Source: Desulfovibrionaceae bacterium
Lineage (GTDB): Bacteria; Desulfobacterota; Desulfovibrionia; Desulfovibrionales; Desulfovibrionaceae
Assembly: GCA_031550525.1 (NCBI GenBank)
Contig: JAVBON010000026.1
Location: 16,704-80,703, forward strand
Reading direction: 5' to 3'
Length of the DNA stretch: 64,000 nucleotides
Made by a program: the position numbers and the translations under genes. The notes beneath the pieces are model-generated. The model was not told the origin of the DNA. It saw nothing but the letters and a program-made list of their open reading frames with translations, and did no database searches. This document shows positions 17,207 through 27,605 of this stretch, piece by piece; within the stretch, counting starts at the first letter, position 1; the number at the start of each line of letters is the position of its first letter.

Positions 17207-19366
17207 TCATGCCTGTTGTTTGCCGCTGCGCCCAAGGGGCAGCCTGCACACTATGCCCGCGCCGCCTTGGGGCTCAATATATACGCCTATTATGCCGCGC
17301 AGGCCCGCCACATCGCGCACCGCACGCAAAGGGCTGCCCGGATATTCGCGCAGCCAGTCCATGCCGTTAAAAGCTATGTCGCAAGTCTCGTAATTGTTGC
17401 CGGAAACCCACAACGCCTGCAATGGAGTACTGCCGGCATCAATATTTTTGCAAAAAACGTTCAATATGGCGTAATCCGCCTCAACCCGTTGAAAAATGCA
17501 AAACTCGGCGTTGTCTCCGTCCTTTATCATTGCGCCAAGGCGCACGGCCAGGTCGGAAAGAGCGCTGCCCAGTTTGGGCGCGTCACTCTCCAGCTCCAGG
17601 TCCGGCTGGGCATAGTCCAGCAAAAACGCGGCCCCCGGCATTTTTGTTTGTATGCCGTTTTCAAGCTCTTGCAAAATATCCGACATTTTTACAGGTTTAA
17701 CCTCGGATATCTGGCTTTCCACCTGCCCGAAATCACCGGCGAATGTAGAGAGCAGGGCGATATTTTCCATGGCTTGCCCGCTTTTAAGGGCCGGCGGAGT
17801 GACGGAAAAATCCAAGATTTCGGCCAGCAGGCCGCCCATGGCCGCCGCCGTAGTCATGCCGCTCAAAAAGTTGCGCATCTGGCTGGCGAACACAAAACTG
17901 CTCACGTCGCGTATCTCCAGCACGGTGGTATTTTTCATGCCAAGGCGCATGACGTTTACAAAAACCCGCTCATAATGCAGGCCCGCCGCGTCGGTGCGCT
18001 CAACGCTAAAACCCCCGTTAATGCCCGAAGCGGTCTGTTTTTTCCGCAAATAAGGCAAATAAGGCTGCAAATCCGCGCCAAGGCGCTTGTATTCCAAACC
18101 AAGCACACGTTTGCGGGGCAGCCCGAAGCGGCGCTCGGCCGCGCTGTTCCAGGCGGTTATACTGCCTTCGCCATCAAAACATATTATAACATTTGGAGAC
18201 TGATCTATAACCTGCGCGTATTGGGCCGATGCATGCGACATATCTATGCGCAGGGCGGTAAGCTGGTCGTTAAGCTCGTTTTCGCGCCGGGCCGAGCGCA
18301 CGTAATCGGTTATGTCCTGCTGAATCATGGCCACGCCTATAAGTTGATCAAGCGGCGTGAGCATGGGGTGAAAATTCAGGTTCAGCCAGCGGGTCTCGCC
18401 CCACGGAGTGTTATGCTCGTAATTGCTTATGCCGGATTCCTGCTTGGCGAAGGCCTGACGCATGGCACGCTCAACGTTGCTGCCGGGCATGAAAGGATCC
18501 TGCAAAATATTAAAACGCCGACCGCCCGTGCCCACCACGTTGCTCCAGGTGGTGCGCCAGGCGGTATTGGATAATTTGAGCACGCCCATGGCGTCGAACA
18601 TGGCTATGCCCAAAGGCGTGCGCTCAAGCAATATGCGCGATTGCTGCTCGTATTCGTCAAGGGACGACTGCGCCTGCTTCAATGCGCCTATATCCTCAAA
18701 AATCAGCAGGCTCACCTCTTCTTTCTGCCAAGTGGTGTTATATACGCTGCATATTACCCAGCGCACATCGCCAAGGCGTGTGGTAAGGCGCAGAGTGCTG
18801 CGCGAGGGTATAACATTTTGCGCCTGGGTTTTCTCATCCAGGCGCAATATCGTCAAATCGTCGGGGTGAATGTAGGAAGTAAGCCGCGAGCCGGCGAGTT
18901 CGGATTCATGCGCGGCCAGAATATAGGCAAAGGCGGGGTTGGCGTATAAAATACGCCCGGCTTTAAGCAGCACAACGCCTTCGTGCATAACCGAGCTAAG
19001 ACTGGCCAAAGAAAAATTGCCGTCAAAAAGGCCAAGCGGGTTTGCCATATCGCCGCTTTCCATCATGGGCAAAGTCTGCCCGCCGGATTCCGCATAAAGA
19101 TTATGCGCCAGCAAAAGCCCGGAAAAAAGCGCCAAAAAGGCAACCAGTATGCAAAATAACGCGAAAAATGGGTTAAGCCATTTAAAGGAATAAGCGGTTG
19201 CGCAAATGGTCCCTATGGACATGCACATGAGCATGCCCGCCGGAAAATAGCGCTTGAGCGCCACCATAAGCCGCACGGCAACAGTTGTGTTCATACTGCT
19301 TTTCATTCGAGCTGACCGGCTCCACCATAATTGCAGATACTGCGTATTGTTTAATATACGATGCAA
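17207..19366 (-). CDS. Membrane-anchored multi-PAS sensor with a degenerate, histidine-free kinase-like C-terminus
   Basis: 719 aa with two N-terminal TM helices and at least three PAS-like segments. The C-terminal roughly 245 residues weakly resemble a DHp/HATPase region (GGLLAEILDF where GGIAHDFNN is expected; ...GLRGIIGVYIEPQGGAGIVCRLPL). The gene ends 11 nt upstream of the response regulator gene. Confidence 0.7.
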   Translation of the reverse strand: MHRILNNTQYLQLWWSRSARMKSSMNTTVAVRLMVALKRYFPAGMLMCMSIGTICATAYSFKWLNPFFALFCILVAFLALFSGLLLAHNLYAESGGQTLPMMESGDMANPLGLFDGNFSLASLSSVMHEGVVLLKAGRILYANPAFAYILAAHESELAGSRLTSYIHPDDLTILRLDEKTQAQNVIPSRSTLRLTTRLGDVRWVICSVYNTTWQKEEVSLLIFEDIGALKQAQSSLDEYEQQSRILLERTPLGIAMFDAMGVLKLSNTAWRTTWSNVVGTGGRRFNILQDPFMPGSNVERAMRQAFAKQESGISNYEHNTPWGETRWLNLNFHPMLTPLDQLIGVAMIQQDITDYVRSARRENELNDQLTALRIDMSHASAQYAQVIDQSPNVIICFDGEGSITAWNSAAERRFGLPRKRVLGLEYKRLGADLQPYLPYLRKKQTASGINGGFSVERTDAAGLHYERVFVNVMRLGMKNTTVLEIRDVSSFVFASQMRNFLSGMTTAAAMGGLLAEILDFSVTPPALKSGQAMENIALLSTFAGDFGQVESQISEVKPVKMSDILQELENGIQTKMPGAAFLLDYAQPDLELESDAPKLGSALSDLAVRLGAMIKDGDNAEFCIFQRVEADYAILNVFCKNIDAGSTPLQALWVSGNNYETCDIAFNGMDWLREYPGSPLRAVRDVAGLRGIIGVYIEPQGGAGIVCRLPLGRSGKQQA

Positions 19367-19422
19367 TCAGCTACTTAACAAGGCCTTTACCCATAAAAAA
19401 AAACAACTTATACTTACACAAT

Positions 19423-20520
19423 ATGCTCAATACAATACCACATACACCGCAAACCGGCGCTGGCGCCGGTAAACCGGCACAGGCGGCACTGCCGTACAAC
19501 CTGCCACGGCACTGGTTTTTATTCCGGTTAAGCTCTTTGGGCGACGTGGCGCTGCTAACCGGCCCCATGCGCTACTGGCATGACCACTGGGGCTGGAGCT
19601 TCACAATAATGACCAAGCCCGCCTTTGCCCCGCTTTTTGAGAACAATCCGGCGGTGGAGAGCATAATCTGCCCGGAAAAAAGCAAACTTTCGCTGCCGGG
19701 CATGCCCGCCTATTTCAACTCTCTCGCGCATGCCTTTGCAAAACACGGGCTGTTGGATTTACACGGCACCACGCGCTCGCGGCTTTTAAGCGCCCTGTGG
19801 CGCGGGCCGGTGCGCCGCTACCCCAAATTTTCGCTGCAACGCAGGCTGCTGGTGCTTAACAAAAGCCCCAAAGCTGCCGCTTTGTTGCGCGCAAGCACGG
19901 TAACACAGCGCTATTTTATGGCCGTTGCCCCAACTCCGCCGCCGCCTGAAGCCCTGCTGCCGGTGGTTTATCTTACACGCCAAGAAACCGAAGCCGCCCA
20001 AAAACGCCTTGAATCCATTTTCGGGCAAGAAGCTTTCAGAAACGGGCCGGTACGCCCCATAGCCCTGCACCCTTACGCCACCCACTTTCGCAAGGCCTGG
20101 CCCAAAGAGCATTGGCTGCATCTTGTAAACAGGCTTGATGAAGCAGGCCGCCCCTGGTTCATAGTCGGGCAGGGCGAGGCGCTGTTGCCCCAAGACAGGC
20201 GAGACCTTACCGGCAAAACCGGCTTGCGCGAGCTTTGCGCCCTTTTGTCACAGGCCAGCGTGTTAATGACGGGCGATTCCGGCCCCATGCACCTGGCCGC
20301 CGCCGTGGGCACGCCAGTGCTTGCGCTGTTCGGCCCCACCACCAGGGAATGGGGCTTTTTCCCCGCAGGCCCGCAAGACGTGATATTGCAGATGGATATG
20401 CCCTGCCGTCCCTGCTCCCTGCACGGTGCTGACCGTTGTAAAACTGACGGCTGCTGCCTTAAGGGCATCGCCCCGCAAGACGCGCTGCGGCAGCTTGAGC
20501 TGATGCTGGCGGGGCTTTAG
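19423..20520 (+). CDS. Glycosyltransferase family 9 (heptosyltransferase-like)
   Basis: I moved the start to the ATG at 19423. Contains FRLSSLGDVALLTGPMRYW and the C-terminal LMTGDSGPMHLAAAVGTPVLALFGPT. Confidence 0.8.
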   Translation: MLNTIPHTPQTGAGAGKPAQAALPYNLPRHWFLFRLSSLGDVALLTGPMRYWHDHWGWSFTIMTKPAFAPLFENNPAVESIICPEKSKLSLPGMPAYFNSLAHAFAKHGLLDLHGTTRSRLLSALWRGPVRRYPKFSLQRRLLVLNKSPKAAALLRASTVTQRYFMAVAPTPPPPEALLPVVYLTRQETEAAQKRLESIFGQEAFRNGPVRPIALHPYATHFRKAWPKEHWLHLVNRLDEAGRPWFIVGQGEALLPQDRRDLTGKTGLRELCALLSQASVLMTGDSGPMHLAAAVGTPVLALFGPTTREWGFFPAGPQDVILQMDMPCRPCSLHGADRCKTDGCCLKGIAPQDALRQLELMLAGL

Positions 20521-20702
20521 CCACGCCGGCAAAGGCCTGTTGGCGATACGTTTTTTATTCGGCCAACGCCGGAAAGGCCTTTTCCTGCCTGGCCCAAGGC
20601 CAAAAGGCCTCATGCGCAACAGGCCTTAAAATAATTCTTCTTTCCGCTCCATCGGCCTATGTTGTGCCCAATGTTACCAAAAGGCCCGCAAAAGGACCAA
20701 AT

Positions 20703-21677
20703 ATGCTGCAAATATACCAATCAGACGGCAAAAACATTATTCCGCTGGAAAATCTGCCTGAAGTTTTTTCCAATCAGGCGGAAAAAACTGGCGAAACCTG
20801 CCAGACTGATTACTGGCTAGACCTGACCAGCCCGAGCATTGAGGAACTGGAGACGGTTTCAGGCCGACTAAGCCTGCCTCTGGACTTTTTTACCGACTCC
20901 CTCGACCCGGCCGAGCGCTCGCATATAATGCGTAACGGCAACAGCGTGCTCATAATCGTGCGGGTCTCGCGCAAACCCATCGCAGGGCAAAAGTACACTT
21001 ACACCACCTTGCCCATAGGCATTATCATTACCGCCGGGGCCGTGGTTACCATATGCAGCGAGGAGGGGCTGGTGCGCAAACTGGTGGAAAACAAGCTGCA
21101 CGCGGGCCAAAGCCGCGAGCGTATACGCATAGCCCTTACGGTTTTGCAGCAGGTAAGCATACACTATATCGACCACTTGCAGGAAATGGACGCCCTGACG
21201 GGCGAAATAGAAGAGGCCATGCGCAAATCCACCCGCAACGAAGATCTCTCGCGCATGCTGCAACTGGAAAAAAATCTGGTCTATTTTCTTACAGCGCTTA
21301 AAGCCAACGCCATGGTGCTGGATAAAATGCTCACCTCCGGCAACTTTACCTGGCAGCAGGACGAAAACGAAATTCTGGTGGATGCCCTTACCGAAAGCAA
21401 ACAGGCCGTTGAAATGGCGGAAATTTACACCCAAATTACCGGCAACATGAACGACGTTTTCGCCTCGATGATTTCCAACAACATGAACTCCGTAATGAAA
21501 TTTCTCGCGGCCATTACCCTAATACTCATGGCCCCCACTATTATAGTAGGCCTGTATGGCATGAACGTGCCCCTGCCCTTTCAGGATTCGCCCCTGGCTC
21601 TGGCCGGCATAATAGCCGTAACCGTTGCCGCCTGCGCGGCGTTGTGGAAGTACCTGCTCAAAAAACACTGGATGTAG
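20703..21677 (+). CDS. corA: CorA family magnesium/cobalt transporter
   Basis: The YGMNV (GMN) motif precedes the last TM helix. The length is about 324 aa from the ATG at 20703; the track's GTG at 20664 is possible. Confidence 0.85.
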   Translation: MLQIYQSDGKNIIPLENLPEVFSNQAEKTGETCQTDYWLDLTSPSIEELETVSGRLSLPLDFFTDSLDPAERSHIMRNGNSVLIIVRVSRKPIAGQKYTYTTLPIGIIITAGAVVTICSEEGLVRKLVENKLHAGQSRERIRIALTVLQQVSIHYIDHLQEMDALTGEIEEAMRKSTRNEDLSRMLQLEKNLVYFLTALKANAMVLDKMLTSGNFTWQQDENEILVDALTESKQAVEMAEIYTQITGNMNDVFASMISNNMNSVMKFLAAITLILMAPTIIVGLYGMNVPLPFQDSPLALAGIIAVTVAACAALWKYLLKKHWM

Positions 21678-22272
21678 CGCCCAAAACACGCTCTGTGGCA
21701 TTCTTGGCGCAGTGCACGGGCGCGAAGCAAACCGCGCGAAAGGCGCATTGCCCGCCAAAAGCCATATATGCGCCGTTTTTTCACCTGCCTCATATCGAAG
21801 TAAAAAACCGTAGCGGCAGGCATGCTTTTGTCTTCAAATAATTATTATAATCTAATCAATATGTTATAGTTTTCAAATATATCCAGCAGAACATGCGCTT
21901 TTTAGAACATGGCGGCGTGCCTGCCAAAACAGACTGTTTACAAAAACCGCCAATATCAACAATTTGTTGTCACAACTAAATTTTTAAACAAATAAGCATG
22001 TTACCGCGCCAAGTTCGCCTTTTCCACTTTATCCAAAACTTTTTTACAGCAATCTCCACATATTCACTATGCCAATAAGTTGTTTTTACAGGAAAATTTT
22101 GTTTGTGCCAACTTGTACTAGATTATGCAAAAATTAACATAATTTGTTTGGACTTGCATAAAAATCACAGCCTGTTACATATAAAATCACGTGAATAACC
22201 TTTTGTTCGCCCGCTTGCCCACAATCTCGGCAAGCATAGTGGATAAGAACAAGACAACCAGGAGGTTGGAAA

Positions 22273-25200
22273 ATGAAGAGGAGAGAGTTCCTCAAGCTTT
22301 CATGCTGTCTCGGCATGGGGCTTGCTCTCGGGCCGATCGGCTTTAACCTGACCACTGCCAGGGCCTATGCCGATGAACTCGGCAAGGCGGGCAAACTTAA
22401 AAGCGCCAGGCAGAGCCTTTCAATCTGCTGTTATTGCGCTGTCGGCTGCGGCCTTATTTGCAGCACCGACGCCAAAACCGGCCAGGTTCTTAACGTTGAA
22501 GGCGACCCGGAAAACCCCATTAACGAAGGTTCACTCTGCGCCAAGGGCGCTGGCACCTACCAGACTTCAGCGAACAACGAGCACCGCCTTACAAAGGTGA
22601 TGTATCGCGCTCCCTACAGCCACAAGTGGGAAGAAAAAGACTGGAACTGGGCCATAGACCGCATAGCCCGTAAAATGAAAGACGTGCGCGATGCCGACTT
22701 TATTACCCACAACGCCAAAGGACAGTTGGTAAACCGTTGCGAAAGCCTTGCCCATATGGGCAGCTCCAACGTTGACAGCGAAGAATGCTGGAACATGACC
22801 AGCTTTGTCCGTTCCATGGGCCTGGTGCATATAGATCACCAGGCGCGAGTCTGACACGGCCCCACTGTACCGGCTCTGGCAGAGTCGTTCGGACGCGGCG
22901 CGATGACCAACCACTGGATAGACATTCAACACAGTGACGTAATATTAATTCAAGGCAGCAACGCTGCCGAAAACCACCCCATTTCCTTTAAATGGGTACT
23001 GCGCGCTCAGGATAAAGGCGCAAAAGTTATCCACGTCGACCCGCGCTTCACGCGCACCTCGGCCCGCGCGGATATTCACACAGCCCTCCGCTCAGGCACC
23101 GACATCGCCTTTTTGAACGGCATGATGAAGTACATTATCGACAACGACAAGTACTTCAAAGAATACGTGCTTACCTACACCAACGCCGCCTTCATAGTTG
23201 ACGGCAAGTTCAAATTCGATGACGGCCTTTTCAGCGGGTACGATTCCAAAAGCCGTACCTACGACAAGTCTTTCTGGAAAATAGTCAAAGACGAAAAGGG
23301 CATTCCGCAACGCGATGAAACCCTTAAAAACCCGCGTTGCGTGTTCCAGTTGCTTAAAAAGCACGTTTCCCGCTACACGATTGAAAAGGTTTCTTCCATT
23401 ACCGGCACCCCCGTGGCCGACCTCAAGCTGGTGTACGAAACCTTCGCCTCCACCGGCACCAAAGATCGCGCGGGCACCGTAATGTACGCCCTTGGGCAAA
23501 CCCACCACACCGTGGCCGTGCAGAACATACGCGCCCTGGCCATGGTGCAGCTCCTGCTGGGCAACATAGGCATTTGCGGCGGCGGCGTTAACGCCATGCG
23601 CGGCGAGCCTAACGTGCAAGGTTCCACCGACCACGCCCTGTTGTACCACTACCTGCCGGGCTACCTGGCGGCTCCGCGCTCCTCGCATGTAGACCTTAAA
23701 ACCTATTGCGACAAAATCACCCCGGCCACTGCCGACCCCATGTCGGTAAACTGGTGGGGCAACACGCCCAAGTACATAACCAGCCTGCTTAAAGGCTGGT
23801 ACGGCGACGCGGCCACAAAGGAAAACGACTTCGCCTACGGCTGGCTGCCCAAGGCCGATGACGGCGTTGACTATTCCGTAATGACGCTGTTTGACAGAAT
23901 GTACCAGGGCAAGATTAAAGGCCTGACCTGCGTCGCGCAAAACCTTGCCTGCTCGCTGCCCAACTCCAACAAGATCCGTCAGGCTATGACCAAGCTGGAC
24001 TGGATGGTTCACGTTAACATTTTCGATAACGAAACCGCCTCCTTCTGGAAAAGCCCCGGCATAAACCCCCGTAACGTCAAAACCGAAGTGTTCCTGCTGC
24101 CCGCCACCGCCTCCATTGAGAAGGAAGGCAGCCAGGCCAACTCCGGCCGCTGGATGCAGTGGAAGTATTCCGTGGGCAAAGGCCCCGGCGATACCCTTTC
24201 CACCGGCGACATTATCGTGCGCATTCAGAAAAAGGTGCAGGAGCTGTACCGCAAGGAAGGCGGAACCTTCGCCGAGCCGGTAATCAACATGAACTCCGAC
24301 GCCTTTGACGAAAACGGCATGTATAACGCCGAAAAAGTGGCCAAGCAGGTTAACGGCCAGTTTACCCGCGACGTTACCATTAACGGTGTGGCGTACAAAA
24401 AAGGCCAGTGCGTGCCCGGCTTTGCCTTGTTGCAAACCGACGGCTCCACCACCAGCGGCAACTGGATATGCTCCGGCAGCTTCACCGCCGACGGCACCAA
24501 CCTTATGAAGCGCCGCGGCAAAAACGACCCCACCGGCCTTGGCCTCTACCCCGAATGGTCCTTTGCTTGGCCCATGAACCGGCGCATCATTTACAACCGC
24601 GCCTCCGTGGACAAAAACGGCCAGCCGTGGAACCCCAAAAAGCCCCTGCTGGTATGGCAAGACGGCAAATGGGTGGGTGACGTGGCCGACGGCGGCGCAG
24701 CCCCCATGGCAGCCAAAGGCGGCGTGCTGCCGTTTATTATGAAGGCGGACGGCGTTGCCTCCCTCTTCGGCAACGGCGCCAACGACGGTCCTTTCCCGGA
24801 ACATTACGAGCCGCGTGAAAGTCCCTTCGCCAAGAACATGATGTCCAAACAGCTTAACAGCCCCACCATCACCCTGTACAACGGCCCGATGGACAAGATA
24901 GCCAACGCGACAAAGGAATACCCCATTGTCATGACTACCTACTCCTCCACCGAGCACTGGTGCACCGGCGGCATAACCCGTTGGCAGAGCTGGCTTACCG
25001 AAGCCATGCCGCAGGTGTATGTTGAAATAAGCACCGAGCTGGCCAAAGAAAAGGGCATTAACAACGGCGACCAGGTAAAGGTTAAATCCGCCCGAGGCGC
25101 GCTTAACTGCGTGGCCATGGTTACCTCCCGTTTCCGCCCCTTCAGGTGCGACGGCAGAACCATTCATCAGGTAGGCATGACCTTTAACTACGGCTGGCTC

Positions 25201-25311
25201 TTCCCTGAAGACGCCGGCGACACAGCCAACCTGCTCTCGCCCACCGTGGGCGATGGACACTCCATGACGCCTGAATACAAAGCGTTCATGGTTAACGTGG
25301 AAAAGGCATAG
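22273..25311 (+). CDS. fdhA: Periplasmic formate dehydrogenase catalytic subunit, selenocysteine-containing (TGA 22852-22854 read as Sec)
   Basis: The Tat signal is MKRREFLKL...ARAYA and the 4Fe-4S motif is CCYCAVGCGLIC. The two track ORFs, 22273-22854 and 22903-25311, are in the same frame. The sequence across the TGA reads [29 protein letters not shown], the canonical Sec context of FdhA/FdnG. Confidence 0.92.
22867..22894 (+). promoter_or_regulatory. Candidate SECIS hairpin downstream of the UGA
   Basis: The lower stem is GUACCG/CGGAC with a bulged A. The upper stem is GCUC/GAGU and the apical loop is UGGCA. The hairpin starts 13 nt after the UGA. The fold was drawn by eye only. Confidence 0.45.
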
Positions 25312-25321
25312 GAGGTAAGCC

Positions 25322-25966
25322 ATGAGTGACGGAAAGTCCTTTCTCGTTGACGTTTCGCGCTGCACAGGCTGCCGCGGCTGTCAAGTAGCATGCAAACAAT
25401 GGAACCAACTGCCGGGTACCAAAACGTACCAGACCGGCAGCTATCAGAACCCGCCGGACTTCAACGAGTTCACCTACAAATTGGTGCGCTTCTCCGAAGG
25501 CCGCAGGGAAAACGGCAAGCCATACTGGAACTTCTTTTCCGATATGTGCCGCCATTGCGTTACCCCGCCCTGCCAGGCAGGCATGGTTGAAAATGAAATT
25601 GTGCAGGATGAAGAAACCGGCGCAATCATCTTCACCAAAGATACCTTCAAAAGCGACTACGAAACCTCGCGTTCCGCATGTCCTTTTGACGTGCCCCGCC
25701 AGCACCCCGATACCAAGGTGATGAGCAAGTGCACCATGTGCATAGACCGCGTAAAAGACGGGAAGTTGCCCGCCTGCGTGCTCTCTTGCCCCACCAACGC
25801 CATTGAATTCGGCGACAGGGATGAAATACTCGCCAAGGTGGAAGAACGGGTGCAAACCCTGAAAAAACGCTTCCCCAAAGTGCAGGCCCTTAATGCCGAT
25901 TCCGTGCGCGTTATCTTCATTGTCACCGACGAACCCGACAAATATCACGAGTTCGCCGAGGGCTAA
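25322..25966 (+). CDS. fdhB: Formate dehydrogenase iron-sulfur subunit
   Basis: Contains CTGCRGCQVAC, CRHCVTPPC and CTMCIDRVKDGKLPACVLSCP, and has an AGGAGG RBS. Confidence 0.9.
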   Translation: MSDGKSFLVDVSRCTGCRGCQVACKQWNQLPGTKTYQTGSYQNPPDFNEFTYKLVRFSEGRRENGKPYWNFFSDMCRHCVTPPCQAGMVENEIVQDEETGAIIFTKDTFKSDYETSRSACPFDVPRQHPDTKVMSKCTMCIDRVKDGKLPACVLSCPTNAIEFGDRDEILAKVEERVQTLKKRFPKVQALNADSVRVIFIVTDEPDKYHEFAEG

Positions 25967-25980
25967 ACCGATGTAATAAA

Positions 25981-26020
25981 GCCGGTTCTTGCTCTGGCTA
26001 TGCCAGAGCAAGAACCGGCC
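25981..26020 (+). terminator. Hairpin terminator after fdhB
   Basis: GCCGGTTCTTGCTCTGGC-TAT-GCCAGAGCAAGAACCGGC forms an 18-bp perfect stem. Confidence 0.6.
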
Positions 26021-26298
26021 TTACAGCGCCGGGCGCCGCCCCGCTTGCGGCAGGCAGTTGGCGCGCCCATAAAAATTTGCCAACCGCCTTTGATTATGCC
26101 GCCCCAATATTAAACCGTTCATACCAGCTAACCCGCGCCTTTTTCGCCTTTTAAACGCACATTGATTAAATGCCCGTTTTGTGTAAGCTAACGTCTTAAC
26201 GCTGGCGCGGTAATAAAAAACGCGTTCCCCACACGCGGCTGATAACGGCTGACGCATCCGCGCGCCTGAAAATAAAATTTTCAACACAGGAACATTTC

Positions 26299-27156
26299 AT
26301 GAGCAAAAAGCTGGAAGCATTTTTCAAACGCATGAGCGTTGAAAACCAGGAAGTGGCAGATCTTGTCGGGCAGTTTCGCGATACCGGCCTTATTTTCGAA
26401 TCCATCCCCCCCATGTCCGGCTCAGTTGCCCTGCCGGAGCCAGACGCCATAATGTTCGGCCGGGGCAAGGCCTTTTTTCCGCTGGATGACTGGAAGCTGG
26501 AAGAACTGCAGCTTGATTCCGCCGCCCTTTATGCGGTGCAAGAATTGAAAAAGGTGTTTGAAGATCAGGCCGATGAGCTTGATAAGCTCGCCAAGGCCAT
26601 AAAAAAAGAGCCCGAACTTGTGCCGGAACTGACCGGACTTATGCTTGAAGGCGATGTGGACAAAATATCGAAATTCGCCTCCAAAGCCAAAGTGGAAGAA
26701 GACCTGGTCCTCTATGTTCTGCAAAACGTGTTTCAAAAACGCGCCTCGGAAATTGCCCAGCAAGCAGCTCCGCTGCTGGCAAAGCTGCTTGAGGACGCTA
26801 AATGGCAGCAGGGCTACTGCCCAGTATGCGGCGCCGCCGCCAACATAAGCTTTTTGCAAGGCGAAGGCGGCTCGCGCCACCTGTGCTGCTCGCTCTGCCG
26901 CCAGCAATGGCGCTATGCGCGCAACGCCTGCCCCTACTGCGCCACTGATAAGCCCGAAAACATCACCGTATATTACGCTGAAGAAAAATCCGGGCACCGC
27001 GCCGAGGTATGCTCCGCCTGCAAACGCTACATTCTCTCTGCCGACTTGCGTAAAAAGTCCGATGACGTGCCCTTTGCCCACTACCTGGCCTTCGCCATGA
27101 TCCCCCTTGATATGCTCATGAGCGACAAAGGCTTCGCGCCGGGCGTGGAAGGCTAA
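26299..27156 (+). CDS. fdhE: FdhE-like formate dehydrogenase accessory protein
   Basis: Has four CxxC pairs (CPVCG, CSLCRQQW, CPYC, CSACKRY) in the FdhE arrangement. Confidence 0.8.
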   Translation: MSKKLEAFFKRMSVENQEVADLVGQFRDTGLIFESIPPMSGSVALPEPDAIMFGRGKAFFPLDDWKLEELQLDSAALYAVQELKKVFEDQADELDKLAKAIKKEPELVPELTGLMLEGDVDKISKFASKAKVEEDLVLYVLQNVFQKRASEIAQQAAPLLAKLLEDAKWQQGYCPVCGAAANISFLQGEGGSRHLCCSLCRQQWRYARNACPYCATDKPENITVYYAEEKSGHRAEVCSACKRYILSADLRKKSDDVPFAHYLAFAMIPLDMLMSDKGFAPGVEG

Positions 27157-27176
27157 ACAAACCGCGAACATTTAAC

Positions 27177-27210
27177 TAACCGCCGCGGGCATGATGCCTG
27201 CGGCGGTTAG
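27177..27210 (+). terminator. Hairpin terminator after fdhE
   Basis: AACCGCCGCGGGCAT-GAT-GCCTGCGGCGGTT. Confidence 0.6.
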
Positions 27211-27540
27211 TTGTACAATAAATACACATACGTTTACTGTCTCCTATAAGTTTGCCACTTCCTGTTCAGACAATGCCACACTGAGGCAAATCCACCTCTT
27301 CACACGCTTCAAAGGCGCAGCGGCTTCCCCGCGCTCACATCCTCGCTATACCTACAGATAGGCAAACACGTAACTCATGCGCGAATGGGAATCGTTGAGG
27401 TAGACTTGGTAAAAATAAGAATTTTTTGATTTTCCGGGCAAGTTTCCGTTTTTTTGCGGCTGAGCGTACTCAATGTACGTGATGACGCAAAAAAAACGGA
27501 AAAGGCTGTTTTTGCCGAGTATGCGGAAACAAATCTTCCG

Positions 27541-27567
27541 CCCAGATCTAATCAAATCTGGACTCAT
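27541..27567 (+). repeat. 3'-end module of the intergenic repeat family (partial copy)
   Basis: CCCAGATCTAATCAAATCTGGACTCA compares with the family's CCCAGATCTTATAAATCTGGCTTCA. Confidence 0.5.
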
Positions 27568-27605
27568 CCTCTACACCTTTGCCAATTGTAAAATACTGCG
27601 GGCTG

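Noticed and set aside
17189-18574. 461-aa plus-strand ORF
   Set aside because: It is antisense to the PAS sensor gene and has no recognisable motifs or RBS. Its composition (Ala/Gly/Arg/His-rich) is typical of a shadow frame.
21910-21924. sigma54-like motif TGGCGG-cgtgc-CTGCC upstream of fdhA
   Set aside because: The spacing fits, but the boxes are weak and the site is about 350 nt from the fdhA start codon. That is not strong enough to report as a feature.
22852-22854. In-frame TGA that could indicate a disrupted fdhA pseudogene
   Set aside because: The flanking residues reproduce the conserved Sec/Cys active-site motif, and the reading frame continues unbroken for 819 more codons. I read it as selenocysteine recoding.
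23092-25365. 757-aa reverse-strand ORF, the longest uninterrupted ORF in this region of the track
   Set aside because: It lies entirely antisense to fdhA, whose identity is secured by the Tat signal, the Fe-S motif and the Sec active-site context. The translation is a low-complexity Gly/Ala/Val/His-rich string typical of shadow ORFs in GC-rich coding DNA.
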